From: Vicugna vicugna
Lineage: Eukaryota
DNA length: 64,000 nt
Assembly (NCBI GenBank): GCA_013265495.1
Contig: MU058198.1
Span: 3,112,419 to 3,176,418, forward strand
Reading direction: 5' to 3'
This document shows positions 51,348-64,000 of this stretch, one piece after another. The notes beneath the pieces were generated by a model. The model was given only the letters and a program-made list of their open reading frames with translations, was not told where the DNA came from and did no database searches. Positions within the stretch are counted from its first letter, which is position 1. Every line of letters starts with the position of its first letter. A program made the position numbers and the translations under genes.

Positions 51348-53394
51348 GGCTGTGCACAGTTTGGCCCACTGGCTGGCACCTGGGGTGGGGGCTCCGAGGT
51401 CCCCCAGGTGGTGGGATCTTTATTCCCTTTGAGGTTAAACTTCTTGACATCCAACTGTCACTGAGGAAATCAGGTCTTTATCGGCTTCTTCAATCACTAT
51501 CTCTGACCAGACCCAAGCAGTTTCCTCAAGTTCAAACCAACGATTTAAAGACATAATTGGAGCCTGGAGACAGGAGAATTTTCTGTCTGTGCACTGCAAA
51601 CCTGCCGCATTCCAAAGGGTTCTGATCTGTGCATCTTACAGCAAAGGCCCCCTCCAAAAAGGCTCTATCTAATACCACTGGGGGCCCTGCTCGAGCAGAT
51701 CTGAACCCTGAAGATAGGGTCTTAGGTGGGCCCAGGGCCAGCAGCTCCAGGCCTGAAGCCACAGGGCGGGGAGGGGAGAGGCCACAGCTGCTGTAGCTTC
51801 GGGGACAGGGGCGGGGCCCTCTGGCAGGTCAGGCTGGGCCCAGCACCAGCCACCACAACTGCTTTGAACAAGAATGACCACCCGGGCCAGGACCGGCTCC
51901 CCAGAGCCCTTGAAATTGAGAGAGCCACAGCCGGATCTGGATGGGTGCGCTGGAGGAGATAAGAGATTACAAACGGGTTGATCCTCTTCCTGGACCATGA
52001 GGGCAGGGACTGGCTGTTGGCTCCAGCAGCCAGAAGCCCCTGCCCACTGTCTGTCCCAGGGAGGACCTTTGAGTTGTGCATGACAGAACGGCACTCAGGG
52101 CCTGGTCCTGGGGTGCACAGGTGTACTGGGGAGGCCGGGCCAGCCCTTTGCAGACCGCAGCTCTCCCATCACTGGCTGGGTGACCTTGGGCTGTCCTGTG
52201 GGGGCGTGGTTCCTTACAGGACTGACTCAAGAACTGGATGAGACGATGTCATCTCCAGAGCTGTTTTCATCTTGCAAAGTACTAATATTTCATGTCTCTT
52301 TCGTATGATTTCTTTGAAACCCGGATAGCATTTTACATGGAAAGCATATCTCAGCTCCATGGCGTTTCCTGGGCTCAAGAGTCACCACGTGTGGCTTGTG
52401 GCTCCTGCGTTGGACAGAGAAGCTCTACTCCTGGGGTAGAGCTGGGGAGAGAGGCCAGTGCACACCCACAAGGAGATTCAAACATACAGGAAATGAAGAG
52501 ATGAGATAGTTGCTGACGGTGTGGGGTTTTCCTGAGAGAATAAACGGGGCTGTGGACTAGAGTGCTCTGTGGGGGATGAGGGGTCAGGATTAGCCCCTCT
52601 CAGAGGTGGCATTTGAGCTGAGGCGTCAAACAAGAAGCAACTCTTTGACGATCTAGGGAGATGGTCTGTGCATCAGACTCTGTGCAGGACTTTAAAAAAT
52701 ATACAGATACCTCGACCTGGGGACTCAGAGCTGCTGTGAGAGAGGCCCTGGCATGTGTATGTTTGAAGAGCTCACTGAGTGATCCCCGTGCTTGGCCAGG
52801 AGGGCTGGGAAGCTGCCAGGGATGGGGCATTCAGTGGGAACAGCAGGTGCAAAGGACCTGAGGTGGCATGATCTTGGCCCATTGGCAGAGCTGAAGGGAG
52901 GAAGGGAGAGAGGGGTAGGAGGTGAGTCTGGAGGTAGCAAGCGCCTCACTGGCTCTCCAGGCCTTGGTATGGAATTCGACTTTTATTCTCAGTATGACAG
53001 GAAGCCATTGATTGCTGGACTGTTGTAGGAAAATTGCAAGGTCTTTTTACCAAAAGCCTGGACCCTCGCTCTTTGTCTCTGCCTAAGTTGAAAAAGAAAA
53101 AAAAGTTTTAAGGTGCCACTTACTGCCTTTAGCCTGGTAATGAGGACGGGCTTGCAAGGCAGGTGGTTAGACACAAGAGTGTGTTTCCATGGAAGGTTAT
53201 GGCATCCCTTGGCTGGGGGGAAAAGAACAGATTCACCCCTGTGCGTGAATCACTCCTCCTTGTGGGCGGGGGATGGACTTAGTGATTCCGTCATCCCAGT
53301 GCTGGAGGGAGTCCTCCAGCCTCCTCTTTCATCAGCCCATGCACCCTCGTGCCTGCGGGTCCCTTCTCTCTCTACAGCTGTTGTCAGCCCGGTG

Positions 53395-53780
53395 GGGCAG
53401 CTAGAACATCTACCACAGACTGGGCACCTTAAACAACACAAATTTATTTTCGCTCAGTTTTGGAGGCTAAAAATCCCAGATCAAAGTGTCGGGAAAGCGG
53501 ATTTCTCAGGACTCTCTCTCCTTGCCTTGCAGACAACTGCCATCTCACCGTGTCCTCATGTGGCCTTTGCTCTGCGTTCACGCAACCCCAGTGTCTCTTT
53601 GGGTGTCCAAATGCCCTCTTGTTACAAGGACACCACTCAGATCGGGTTAGGCCTACCCCATGGGCTTTATTTGAATCACCTCTTCAAAGACCCTGTCTCC
53701 AAATACAGTGACATCCTGAGGCACTAGTGTTACAGCTTCAACACATGAACTTGGGGGCCATGTGCTTTAACCCATAACAC
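53395..53780 (-). mobile_element. MaLR LTR (MLT1A/MST-like)
   Basis: taccacagactggg..cttaaacaacacaaatttatt...tgtctccaaatacagt...ttcaacacatgaacttgggg...cccataaca. Confidence 0.85.
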
Positions 53781-56016
53781 AGCTCAGAGTGGCAGGTGCT
53801 TCCCCCTGCCAGTTCTCCCCTACACACATAGCAACGGTGATCATTGGAATGTTGAGGTGAAAGGCATCTTCCAATTAGGAAGATTTCCAGCCATAAAGAA
53901 CTCTTGCAACCATACCAGGGCATGGCAACTGAATGTCAGCCTTGCCCCCCAGCTCTGAAGTCCAGACATATTTATTGAGCAACTATCTGGTGCAAAGTTC
54001 CAAGCTCGAGCATCGGTGATCTGTCCAGGGCCCTCCTCACCCGGTAGGATAGATTAGAAAGGGATTAAGTAGCCATGAGACCAGGCAGATGGGAGCCAAT
54101 CAAACAGGAGCAGCTGGTCCACAGAAGACATTCTGGGGCCAAGGACGAGGGAAGACGCCTCCCATTCTGGAAGATGACGTCCCCTGGAGCTGGGCCTGGG
54201 GGAAGGGCACTGCAGGAGAGAAACAGCAGGAGTCAAAGCGAGCTGGGGGGAATTTCCAGAGCATCCATGGACTCCAGGGAATAGGCCACCGGACATGATA
54301 GGAGGGAAGCCCAAGGGAAGTTGCCCACAGACACCGCTCCCTCTCTATGCACCCGACACGATGCCGGGTCCTTCACACACACAGCCTAATCTTCACACCG
54401 GCCCAATGAAGTTGGGACTTTTCCTCGTTTTACAAATGGGAAAACCAGGGTGCAGAGGACAGGTCAGTTGCACACAGTCACACAGCGAGGAAGTGACAAG
54501 AGCTGGGATTTGAACCCAGGTTCTTAGCCACCAACCCATTTTGAAGGGAAATGAGGGGAAGAGAAGGAGACATGTAGGTTGGGGCCAAATGGTTAAGGCC
54601 TGGATTCTGCAGACACCGGGAGCCATTGAAATTTTCTCCTGGGAATGGGACACGGTGACAGCTGAGCCTCCGGGAAGTACAGTCCAAAAAGCGAATTATT
54701 CTTTTATCAAGCTGGGAAACTCCCCTTCCAGCACCTGTCCTTTCCCAAGCAGCCTTGCAAGGAAGTCTGTGAACTCAGTGGCCACCTATGTTTCCACCTT
54801 TCTTTCCTAATAACAGCCAACATTTGTTCAACTCTATGCCAAGCGCTTTATATGCATTATCTCATTTTAATCCTCACTGAAAAAAATTTAAAAAGGAAAA
54901 AAAATTTTAAAAGCCCAGGCCGGGAAGTACACTTGCTGGCCCCGTTGACAGATGAAACAATGAGGCTCAGAGAGGTGATGGGGTGGGTCCAAGTCTCTCC
55001 ACCCAAGTCTGTCTGACTCCAAAGCTCACATTTTTTAACGATATTAGAATAATTCATGTTTCCCAATAAGAATCAGAGAGAAAGGCTGGGGAGCTGGACC
55101 TACTTTGTGAGCCTCAAAATATGACCAAGTTGACCTTATTTTTCTGTCTCTAGTCTGAGACAGTGCATTTTCTTCTGAGGGCAGTAACCACCTCCCTTCT
55201 CCATCTCTACCCTTCACGCCCCTGGTATCTTCCAAGGCTCAGCAGATAGTCTCCACTGCAAGTTGCCTCCAGCCTTGGCAGGCGGAGAGGTAGGGAGCGA
55301 ATGAAACTGACCACATTCTTCCCTGCCAGCTGTCAACACACACCACCCACCCTGGGCAAGCGGCCACCTGCATGGCTGGGTAGGGGCAGGGCTTGTGTGC
55401 TCGCCATTGGCACCCCCAAGTCATCCATCCATCAGGACGCGATGACACTGCTCCTGGCACCGGGCCTGGTGGGCGAGGTGTATTCCCATGTAGCTGTGAT
55501 CGTGCAGAATAAAGCCTGGTGTAGCCGAGTCCTCGGCAATGAGGAAGCAAACACAGCATTAAGACTCTGTCAACAAGGGTTTGGAAGACAGGAGTCATCC
55601 AGGAAATACAAGTTCTGATGCCACCACCTCTTCTGAAATCCATCTTTGGCTCACCCTGTCCCCAAGAGGGGAAAAAAAAAAAGATCCTTCTGCATAAATT
55701 GTGGAAAGAATTACCAGGCTGCTGGAGACCCCAGACAGGTTTTCCTAGTTGATTAAATACCCCTCCGTTTTGTCTGTTTGTTTGTTTTAATTTAAAAAAA
55801 AAACTATCAAAGTAACAGAAAAATTTGGAAAACAGTTCCAAAGATTAGAACAGAAGCTGAAGTATACATCTAATCTGAACGTCTCTGACAAACCCCCATT
55901 CTGCCGAATAGTAGACACTTAAATCCAACCAATCCAGCATCCCCGCTGCGGCTTCCCCCAGAGTTGCATCTGAGAAGTTCTAGAAAGCCTAAATTAAAAA
56001 AAAAAAAAAAGTCCTA

Positions 56017-56152
56017 GGAGGGGAAGGTATAGCTCAGGTGGTAGAGCACATGCTTAACACACATAAGGTCCTGGGTTCAATCCCCAGTACCTTCTCTAAA
56101 ATAAATAAATAAATAAACCTAATTACCACCCTCTGCCAAAATAAATAAGTAA
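56017..56152 (+). mobile_element. tRNA-derived SINE (Vic-1-like)
   Basis: ggggaaggtatagctcaggtggtagagc...gttcaatccccagtacc...aaacctaattacc. Confidence 0.9.
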
Positions 56153-59100
56153 ATTTTATAATTCCCACTGCCCTAACAACTGTTTTTCCTGACAGTCGGT
56201 TTTTCCATGTAGTCGTTTTTCTCTAGTAACAGTCTAGCATAAGGTTTTTCCTATGTTGCTGTAAAAAATTGTATTTCTATTTACTATTTTTTATAATACA
56301 AGCAGTATATGTTCATTGTAGGAAAGTTACAAAACATGGATAAACTAAAATATATGTATTTTTAAACAACCCGAGACCCTTCCACCCAAATATAATCACT
56401 ATAGACATTTTGGTTAATCCTATCCACATTTTTTTTCCTATCCACATAGATACCTGGAAATCCATAGTTTTTCTTCAAAGGAAAATCATTAATCATCCTT
56501 CCCCATCTTCCATTGTGTGCCTGTGCTCATAGTTTGTCCCATCCTTCTGCTCCTGTTGTGCGTTTATATTTTCTTGCAGTGAGTGTTTAATCGCCACAAG
56601 GTGTGGTCACTTTTAAACCCACCTGTGGTACTTGGTTACTAGGTGGACAGGGAAATGACCAACCAGGAGCACTCTGGCCTCGTAACGACCACAGATCCTG
56701 CAGGGTTTAACATGCAGTCCAAAGGCCAGGTGCACGCATGTTTCTCCTTAAAGGCCACACAAAAAGAAAGTGATTTTCTGGCAGCTGTGGCCACATCTGA
56801 TGCTTTGGAGTTCGGGATCTGGCTGGGGAGACAGGACACCTGTCAGGCTACTCCTGGGATGGAGGCTGATATAATCCCAGACCCAGGAGCGGAGAAACCT
56901 ACAGAACAGGTTTTGTAAGAACCCTAATGTCTACAGCAGCTGGGGGCCATGGGGTCAGGACAGCTGGTTGTCTTTGAGGTCCAAGTAGCAAGGCATTTTA
57001 TCTCATCTGGTGAGTTTATGAGACAAGGGATGATCTTTGCTGAATCTGTCTCCCTTTGTAGTGTGACGTGTGTAGATGGTTTTTAGGTGATGTGCAGACA
57101 AATGTCTTTCATCTCACCAGTAATTATTTATGTTGAGGTGTATTCGAAACATATATAATTAGTAATAACAAACCTGTGATTTGAGGAACATTCTTGCTTA
57201 GGACAAAGCTAACATAGGTATTTAAGTGAAAAGAAGAGTGAGCCAATGTAAAGAAAGATATTAAGTTGATGAGAGTATAAATGGTACCCAGGTGCAGCCC
57301 AGATCATGAAGGCGGCACTCAGATTGGCTTTCATTCATCGGAACAGTTAGTCCCTGAGAACAGAAAGACAGCCAGCATCTTCAGCTCCAATCCTTGACCC
57401 ACTTTTGCCGCAAGAGGCCTCTGTCTTCAGAGGCAGCTTCTTGGAGCTTCTTCATCCTTCCAGTGTAAGTTGGATCCAGAACCCAGAAGGTGCTGAAAAT
57501 AAGCAGGCAGCAATAATGCATCACTTGAGTTCCTGAAACCTGGAAGCTGGTCTGGTCCGGCCACTTTTAAACATGGAAGTCCTGTCCTGCAAGATTGTGG
57601 TAAATGCCTCTGAACTGTGGGCTCTTGTTTCACCATCCTGACTTGAGTGTTTATTTTTGCAGTGGGATTTTTCAACAAATCTGTGTATTTGAGATTTTCT
57701 TTACACGTTGGATTATCAGGTTGGCATCTGAAGGGGTACAAGGGATCTCCTTGTACTATTGTTGATGCTCCTATGTTGTATGTGTGGGTCTTTAAAAAAA
57801 AGTAAAATGGTGCCAGGGTTTTGACTCTAAGTTCTTGGCAGGAGCTGGTAAATGTGACTCTTAAGAGGTGGGTGGTGGAGCATCACCAGGAAGCTGCCCC
57901 CGGGTCTGTGCCCTCAGGGTGTACCAAAGCTTAAGGAAAAGTGCAGACTGAGGTTCTTCATCCTTTTGTGATCTTTATTTCTTTCAGCATCAAAAAAAAA
58001 AAAAAGAATTTCCTTGTCCTTTGCACTTCACCACCTAAGAGTTGAGAGGCATTTGTCTGGTTGGCATCTGTGTGCAGACATTTTTCTGTTTCGTTCATTT
58101 TAAACACTGCAGTTTTCTTTTGTATTTGGAAAACAATCTTATTCCCCCAGTTGCATAGGCCCTCAAAAAAAAGCTAGTAAGAGCTGATGCGCGTATGTTG
58201 TTGTAAACCAGGCGTTGTTCTAAGCACCCTCAGAGGTAGGTGTAATATTGTCCCCAGTATTCAGATGAGGCAGTGGAGGCACAGAGAGACCATGTAGCTT
58301 ACCTAAGGGTGCACAGCACATCTGGATTCAAACCCAGAGCTCGGCTCCAGCACGTAAGTCCTGAGCTGCTCCCCTGCCCAGGGAGTTGTGGGTAAGCCTT
58401 TCTTGAAAACTCTGTCTTTGTTGGATTTTTTCCTATATTGGGGGAAATTCACCCCACATTCCAGCCAAGGCATAGGAGACTCTTCTTTGGAAAACATGGC
58501 CCAGCTCAGCCAGATGTTGGTGAATATGGCTCCGAGCAGAAGCTGATGTTAGGCAGGACCACCCCCATAAGACGCCTGCTTTCAAATGAGAAAAAGGAGC
58601 CCCTCTGTGTGGACACAGCCCCTGGGGGTCCACGACTGGGCATACAGAGCATGGGCTGGATTTCAGCTTCTTCCCTGCACTCCTCCAACTTGAAGAGACC
58701 CACCCAACCTGCATGATCGCTCTCGGTCCCCAGCTGGTTGGAGGGAACAGTAGGTGAGAGTAGCCACTCTTGGGGCCACAGACACCTCGTTACCACCGAG
58801 AGCATCAGTTGGCCATGAGGCGCTGACAAAGCGTTTCCTCCCAAATGCCTCTCTTTTGAATCCTGCCACCTGCTTTTCACGTGGTCCCTGGGGGGTGAGG
58901 TTGCGTGGTGTGCTGAGCTCTGAGCAGTGGAATCTCCTGTGCTCCAGGCCTCCATGGAGCTGGCTCGGGGAGGAAATACCTCAGTTATGGCTCCACATCT
59001 GTTCACAAGACCGTGTTTTCCGAGGACCCTGGTCGTGCTCCCTGCAAGGTGTGGCCAGTGTTCTTCAGCAGCTCTGAGCACTTATCTGACATGATTATTC

Positions 59101-59219
59101 ATCTTTCGTCCCAGGACCAGCCAGACTGGCACAGCAGAGCCACTTCAAGCTGGCAGGTAGGCAGGATGGAGCCTGGCGTGGTGCTCGGGTGGTGATGACG
59201 GCAGTCTGTGCCCCACAGG

Positions 59220-59931
59220 CTGTGCCCCCCCACGTTGGCTCTGGCAGGTCACCACTCTGTTCCCGTTCCTTCCGGGCCGTGTTCAGTGCCTAATGGGCCC
59301 CCTTCCTTTCCCAGCACCCCAGACACCACCCCAAAATGTGGGGCAGTGACCCCAAAGGACATCTCTGTAGATCGAGGGAGTGTGGTCACTGCCTTGACCC
59401 CAGAGAGAGAGGGCAAAGTTACCCACCCATAACCCCAACCACAGAGAACTCAGACATGACCTCAGCCTGACAGTGCCGTAAATTCTTAGCATTTCAGGGC
59501 TGGAATGAACATGATAGCGCTTCTAAACCAGTGCCTTCCAATCTCTCACATCACAGAGGATAGAGAATGAGCATACTGTGCCCCCCCACGTTGGCTCTGG
59601 CAGGGTCACCACTCTGTTCCCGTTCCTTCCGGGCCGTGTTCAGTGCCTAATGGGCCCCCTTCCTTTCCCAGCACCCCAGACACCACCCCAAAATGTGGGG
59701 CAGTGACCCCAAAGGACATCTCTGTAGATCGAGGGAGTGTGGTCACTGCCTTGACCCCAGAGAGAGAGGGCAAAGTTACCCACCCATAACCCCAACCACA
59801 GAGAACTCAGACATGACCTCAGCCTGACAGTGCCGTAAATTCTTAGCATTTCAGGGCTGGAATGAACATGATAGCGCTTCTAAACCAGTGCCTTCCAATC
59901 TCTCACATCACAGAGGATAGAGAATGAGCAT
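59220..59931 (+). repeat. Two-copy tandem duplication, unit ~356-357 bp
   Basis: 59220-59574 and 59576-59931 read identical except for one extra G (caggtcacc vs cagggtcacc). The ORF track gives identical 69-aa ORFs offset by 357 bp. Confidence 0.97.
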
Positions 59932-61013
59932 GTGTGTATCAAGCTTCGAGGTAAAAGGACAAGGTGGCTTGTGCCCAATGGCGGTGGGGAGGTGGGTGCT
60001 TGAGCCCAGCCCCACCACCCAGAGGCCAAGAGCATCAGCCCCTTGGCTCACCTGAAGCACTCACTCCAGGCACACCTGTCGGGACGGCTCCAGTCCAGCC
60101 TTTTTCTGCAGCCAGATTCCACACTAAGCCTGTTCTTCCTCGCTCTGCTCCCATAGTGCTTGGGGTGAGCAGTTTGCACCCCATCCACCCCCACCCCTCC
60201 CCAGCAGCCTTTTCGTTCTGGCCGGTGAGGTTGTTTCCAGTTTTGAGGGTATTTACGGTGTTGCAATCGCCAGCCTTCCTATGCACACATGCGTGCAAGC
60301 AAGCACGTATGGACACGTGCACAAGACGTGGAACTAACTGTTGGGTCATGGCTGTCACATTTTAAATGCAACAGAGACTGCCACGTTACTCTCCAGTGAC
60401 TGCACCAACCTAAACCCCCCAGCATGTAAAGGTGTGTTTGGCCAACAGTTGGTATTACAAAACATTTTAATCTTTGTGAATCTGATGGCTGCTATTCAGA
60501 TTTTTTTTTAACTTAACTCGAATCAGCATAAATTTATAAATGGAGTTTTAAATATATATTTTTCTGTCTCCTGGGATCAGGTAGGCTACACAAAGTCAGG
60601 GATTTCTTTACTGTTTGTTTACTGATGGATGCTCAAACGCCTAGAACAGTGCTGAGTATACAGTAGGTGCCTAAATAAGTATTTCCTGACTGAATAAATG
60701 AGTAGATTAACCATTGATATGGTCCAAAATACAAAAGACACAAAGGAAGTAACTTATTTTCAAACATCTCCTTCCCCGGGATGCCCCCAGATGTCTTGTG
60801 CAGCCCCTTGGAGATAGGCTACCCACACACAACGAAATGTCTCTATGCTTCTGTTTCCTTTTCTTTTTTTTTTTTTTACACAAATGCACACCAGCTCTGT
60901 ACATGGTTCTGCCCTTTCTTTTCTCTCACTTTGTGGCAGCATTCTCCATCTCTAATCAGCTCAAAGAAGACCATTTTCTCTCCTCTCCTGGAGGGCTGGA
61001 GCAAGCCACTTTT

Positions 61014-61223
61014 TTTTTTAATTGAAGAATAGTTAATTACATTATTAAATTAGGTTCAGGTGTACAACATAGTAATTCAGTATTTTTATGGCTTAAACTC
61101 CATATAAAGCTATTATAAAATATTGGCTGTACATTACATCCTGTATTTTATCTCTTTTGTACCTAGTAGTTTGTACCTTTTAAGCCCCTTCCCCTGTTTT
61201 GCCCCTCCCCCTGCCGCCCTGGG
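61014..61223 (-). mobile_element. 5'-truncated L1 3' end with TSD
   Basis: T-tract, ttcaggtgtacaacatagtaattcag, tagtagtttgtacctttta; TSD agccactttt at 61004 and 61224. Confidence 0.88.
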
Positions 61224-63229
61224 AGCCACTTTTCTTCTTGCTTTTATCAGTCCCTCTGCATTTGGCTAGAGCTCTGGGAGCCGCAGCCTTGGGCAAAGGA
61301 GGTGATGGCCGTTGCCACACTGCAGATTTCCCCACCACCCACCAAAGCGGGAGCAAGAGGTCAGGTTTTTCCATCAAGCGTGTCGGTGAGAGGTGGCTGG
61401 AAGCCAGGTGACCTGGTTTCTATTTCCAGATTTGCCTGACTCACTGTGACCATGAGTGAGTCCCTCTGTGTTACCGTCTCTGTGAAATGGGCATAATTAT
61501 GGCTGAAATACTCAACATACTTGAAGGGCTGACATGAAGACCCAGGAGGAAACGCTTGATAGAGATCCTGTCCTTCAACTGGGTGGAAAACAATTAACAG
61601 AGCATTTCCTCAAGGGTCATCGGATGATTATTTTAATTTCCTCTTTAAGAGGAACTCTTTTTTAAACTGTGAAATTATCTTAGTATGTACTGAGAAAAAA
61701 TGACATAGCATATCAAACTTATTCACAGGCATAACATTGCTTAGGATGAGGTTGAATTTTTTAAGCAAAGAGAGTAAGTTGAGATGATACGATATATTAA
61801 GTGAATAAAACATGCCAGTGCTATAGAGATTTGGCAAAAATTGTGAAGGTGGTATGCCAATGATTGATGTTTGGGAAGCACTGAATTAGCAGGTTTTGGG
61901 GGGGCAAATAACAAATCAAATGTTCAAATACTTATATGAAAACCCATTTTTAAGGATTTCTTTTTCTTCAGTGCAAACATATAAGATACAGTAAATCTGA
62001 AGAGGACCGGAGAGTTAATAGTTTAAGCTTTGTGGGCCACAAACTTCTCATATTCTTTTTTTAATAACTCTTTAAAAACATAAAAACCATTCTGAGCCTG
62101 AGGGCCATACAGAAACAGGCTGGATTTCAAAATTTATAGTTCCTTGCAATAAATTAATAAGTTTATTGAACATAATAGCTGGTAATGCCCAAAATTCAGG
62201 TACAACAACCTGAATGGGACCCATTTATTAATGATACTTACTTATTATTAACATTAAGATTCTACTTACTCCCCTCTTTTTTCAGTATTACTATGAACTC
62301 ATGGATTTTTTATGCATTTAATATGTTTCAATTAATTGCATGCTTTTTAAAGACAGATGTTCAAATTGTCCCATCTTTGCCAGTGAGCATCCCTTCAAGG
62401 AGGGACTGACTCCAGGCATCTTTGATACCTTCTTTTGCTTTCTGATAGGGTAAGACATCCCAGCCTCATCTTGTAAATTTCCGGCACCAAAACTGGTATC
62501 AGCCGTTTCTCTAAGACGCCCTGGTTCCTTTTCATCAGGAATGGTATTTAGAGTCCAACATCCGGGTGTTCGGAATGCACATATTTGCATTTATGGATTG
62601 AAATGGTGTCCAGGGTATGCCCTGGCCCCTGAAAAGACTCTGATGTGCCGACTTCAAAACTCTGCCCCACCGTCTTCAGCCTGGAATAGCGAGCCCCATC
62701 GATGGCTCTGAACTGGCCAGGTGCTCCAGAACAAAGAGTCAGTCATGTTCTGGGGCGGCCCTAGCAGGGGCAGAAACATGAAAGATTTTTCAATAACCAG
62801 AGTCAATCCATTTTCAGGTTAACCTTCAATTACCTATAAAAATCCAGCTACCCAGAACCTTTATCCCCTGATAACCTTGGATAATTGAAGTTTTGCTGCA
62901 AAAATAAGTACAGGGGATTTTAATGAAAGCATCTGACCTGCAGTTTACAGGAATCACAAAGTCAAATGTCCACATACCCCAAAGCAGGGAGTTCAAAAAT
63001 GAGTGAAGTGGGCTAAGAAGATAAGGAATGGGGAGAATCGGGGTGAACCAGGGCACACAGGCTCCATCTTAGGGGGGCAGCTGCTAGTCAGTTCCAGGAG
63101 AATGCTGCCATTGTTGGGAACAATCATCAGACCTATCTGATTTTTCAAAAGTTGAAAAAAATTCTAGATTTTTTTTAAATGTGAACTCGCTTAATTTTGA
63201 GATGGCACTGGATTTAATTAAGTGCTTTG

Positions 63230-64000
63230 TTAAAACTTTATTTAGATGTAATTTTTGTACACTAAAATGCCTCCATGTCAAGTATAGCATTTGATGAGTT
63301 TTTACAAATGTATGCATCCAGTTAACACCATCTCACTCAAGATCACCTCCAAAAGTTTCCCTTATGTGTCTTTCTAATCAATCCTATTCACACCGGGCCC
63401 AGGGAACCACTGATCTTTTTTTTTGTCCGTATAGATACGTCTTTTCCAGGGCTTCATATAAAGGGAAACACGTAGTATACACATAGTATGTATGTTTTCA
63501 TGTCTAGCTTCTTTCACTCCACATAATGGCTTCTTTATATCCATTCATGTTGTTGCACGTATCAATAGTTGTTCATTTTATTGCTGAAGAGAATTCCATT
63601 GTATAGATATACTACAATTTGTTTATTTACCCACCTGCTGGTGGACACTTGGATTGTTTCCAGTTTGGGATTACTAATGAATAAGGCTGCTGTGAATATG
63701 TATGTGCGAGTCTTTGTGTGAACGTATGTTTTCAGTTCTTCTGGATAAATAAAAGTGGAGCTGCCAGGTCATATAAGTGTCCATTTAACTTTATGAGAAA
63801 CTGTCAAACTGTTTTCCAAAGTGACTAGTATTTTGCATTCCAACCAGTCACGTGGGGGAGTTTTAATTGCTCCACATTGTCACTAACACTAGATACTGTC
63901 AGTCCTCTGTGGGTGGGAAAGGTGTCTCATTGTGGTTTTTGATTTGCATTTCCCGAATGACTAACAATGCTGGCATCTTTTCACGTGCTTTTGAGCTATT
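63230..64000 (-). mobile_element. L1MB-type 3' region running off the window end
   Basis: gggaaccactgatct, ccattcatgttgttgc, gtggacacttggattgtttccagtttgggg, tctcattgtggtttttgatttgcatttccc. Confidence 0.88.

Noticed and set aside
53113..53727. 204-aa ORF
   Set aside because: Runs through a MaLR LTR; chance open frame.
17740..54257. Isolated perfect NF-kB sites (17740-17749, 54248-54257)
   Set aside because: Several matches to the degenerate kB consensus are expected by chance in 64 kb.
51500..58000. Acceptor-like sites (~52218, 53377, 57662, 57987) as candidate exon 2
   Set aside because: No convincing paired donor or coding signal; cannot be supported without transcript data.
59283..59849. 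Two identical 69-aa ORFs suggesting a duplicated gene
   Set aside because: A by-product of the 357-bp tandem duplication, with no coding or splice evidence.
1..64000. A novel multi-gene or prokaryote-style system (operon, CRISPR, defence island)
   Set aside because: The window is repeat-rich mammalian non-coding DNA with no credible CDS or repeat-spacer array.

Overview
Mammalian euchromatic DNA, not prokaryotic. It is probably from a camelid, inferred from eight copies of a tRNA-derived SINE resembling the camelid Vic-1 type plus young L1 3' ends. Much of the window is recognisable interspersed repeat (L1, L2, MIR, MaLR/ERVL and ERV1-like solo LTRs, Tigger and hAT MITEs) and microsatellite. 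The one clear genic landmark is a CpG-island promoter at ~36.8-37.6 kb with a probable non-coding first exon on the + strand (donor CAG|GTATGA at 37316/37317). On this reading 1-36.7 kb is upstream intergenic DNA and 37.3-64 kb is intronic. I could not identify the gene, and none of the ORF-track ORFs looks like a real protein. The most notable structures are a retrotransposed 28S rRNA 3' end with target-site duplications and a nested L1, a near-perfect 357-bp tandem duplication, and two small dispersed duplications at 33-34.7 kb. I see no evidence for a novel multi-gene system. Repeat subfamily names are from recall of consensus sequences, and repeat boundaries are approximate unless TSDs or termini are quoted.
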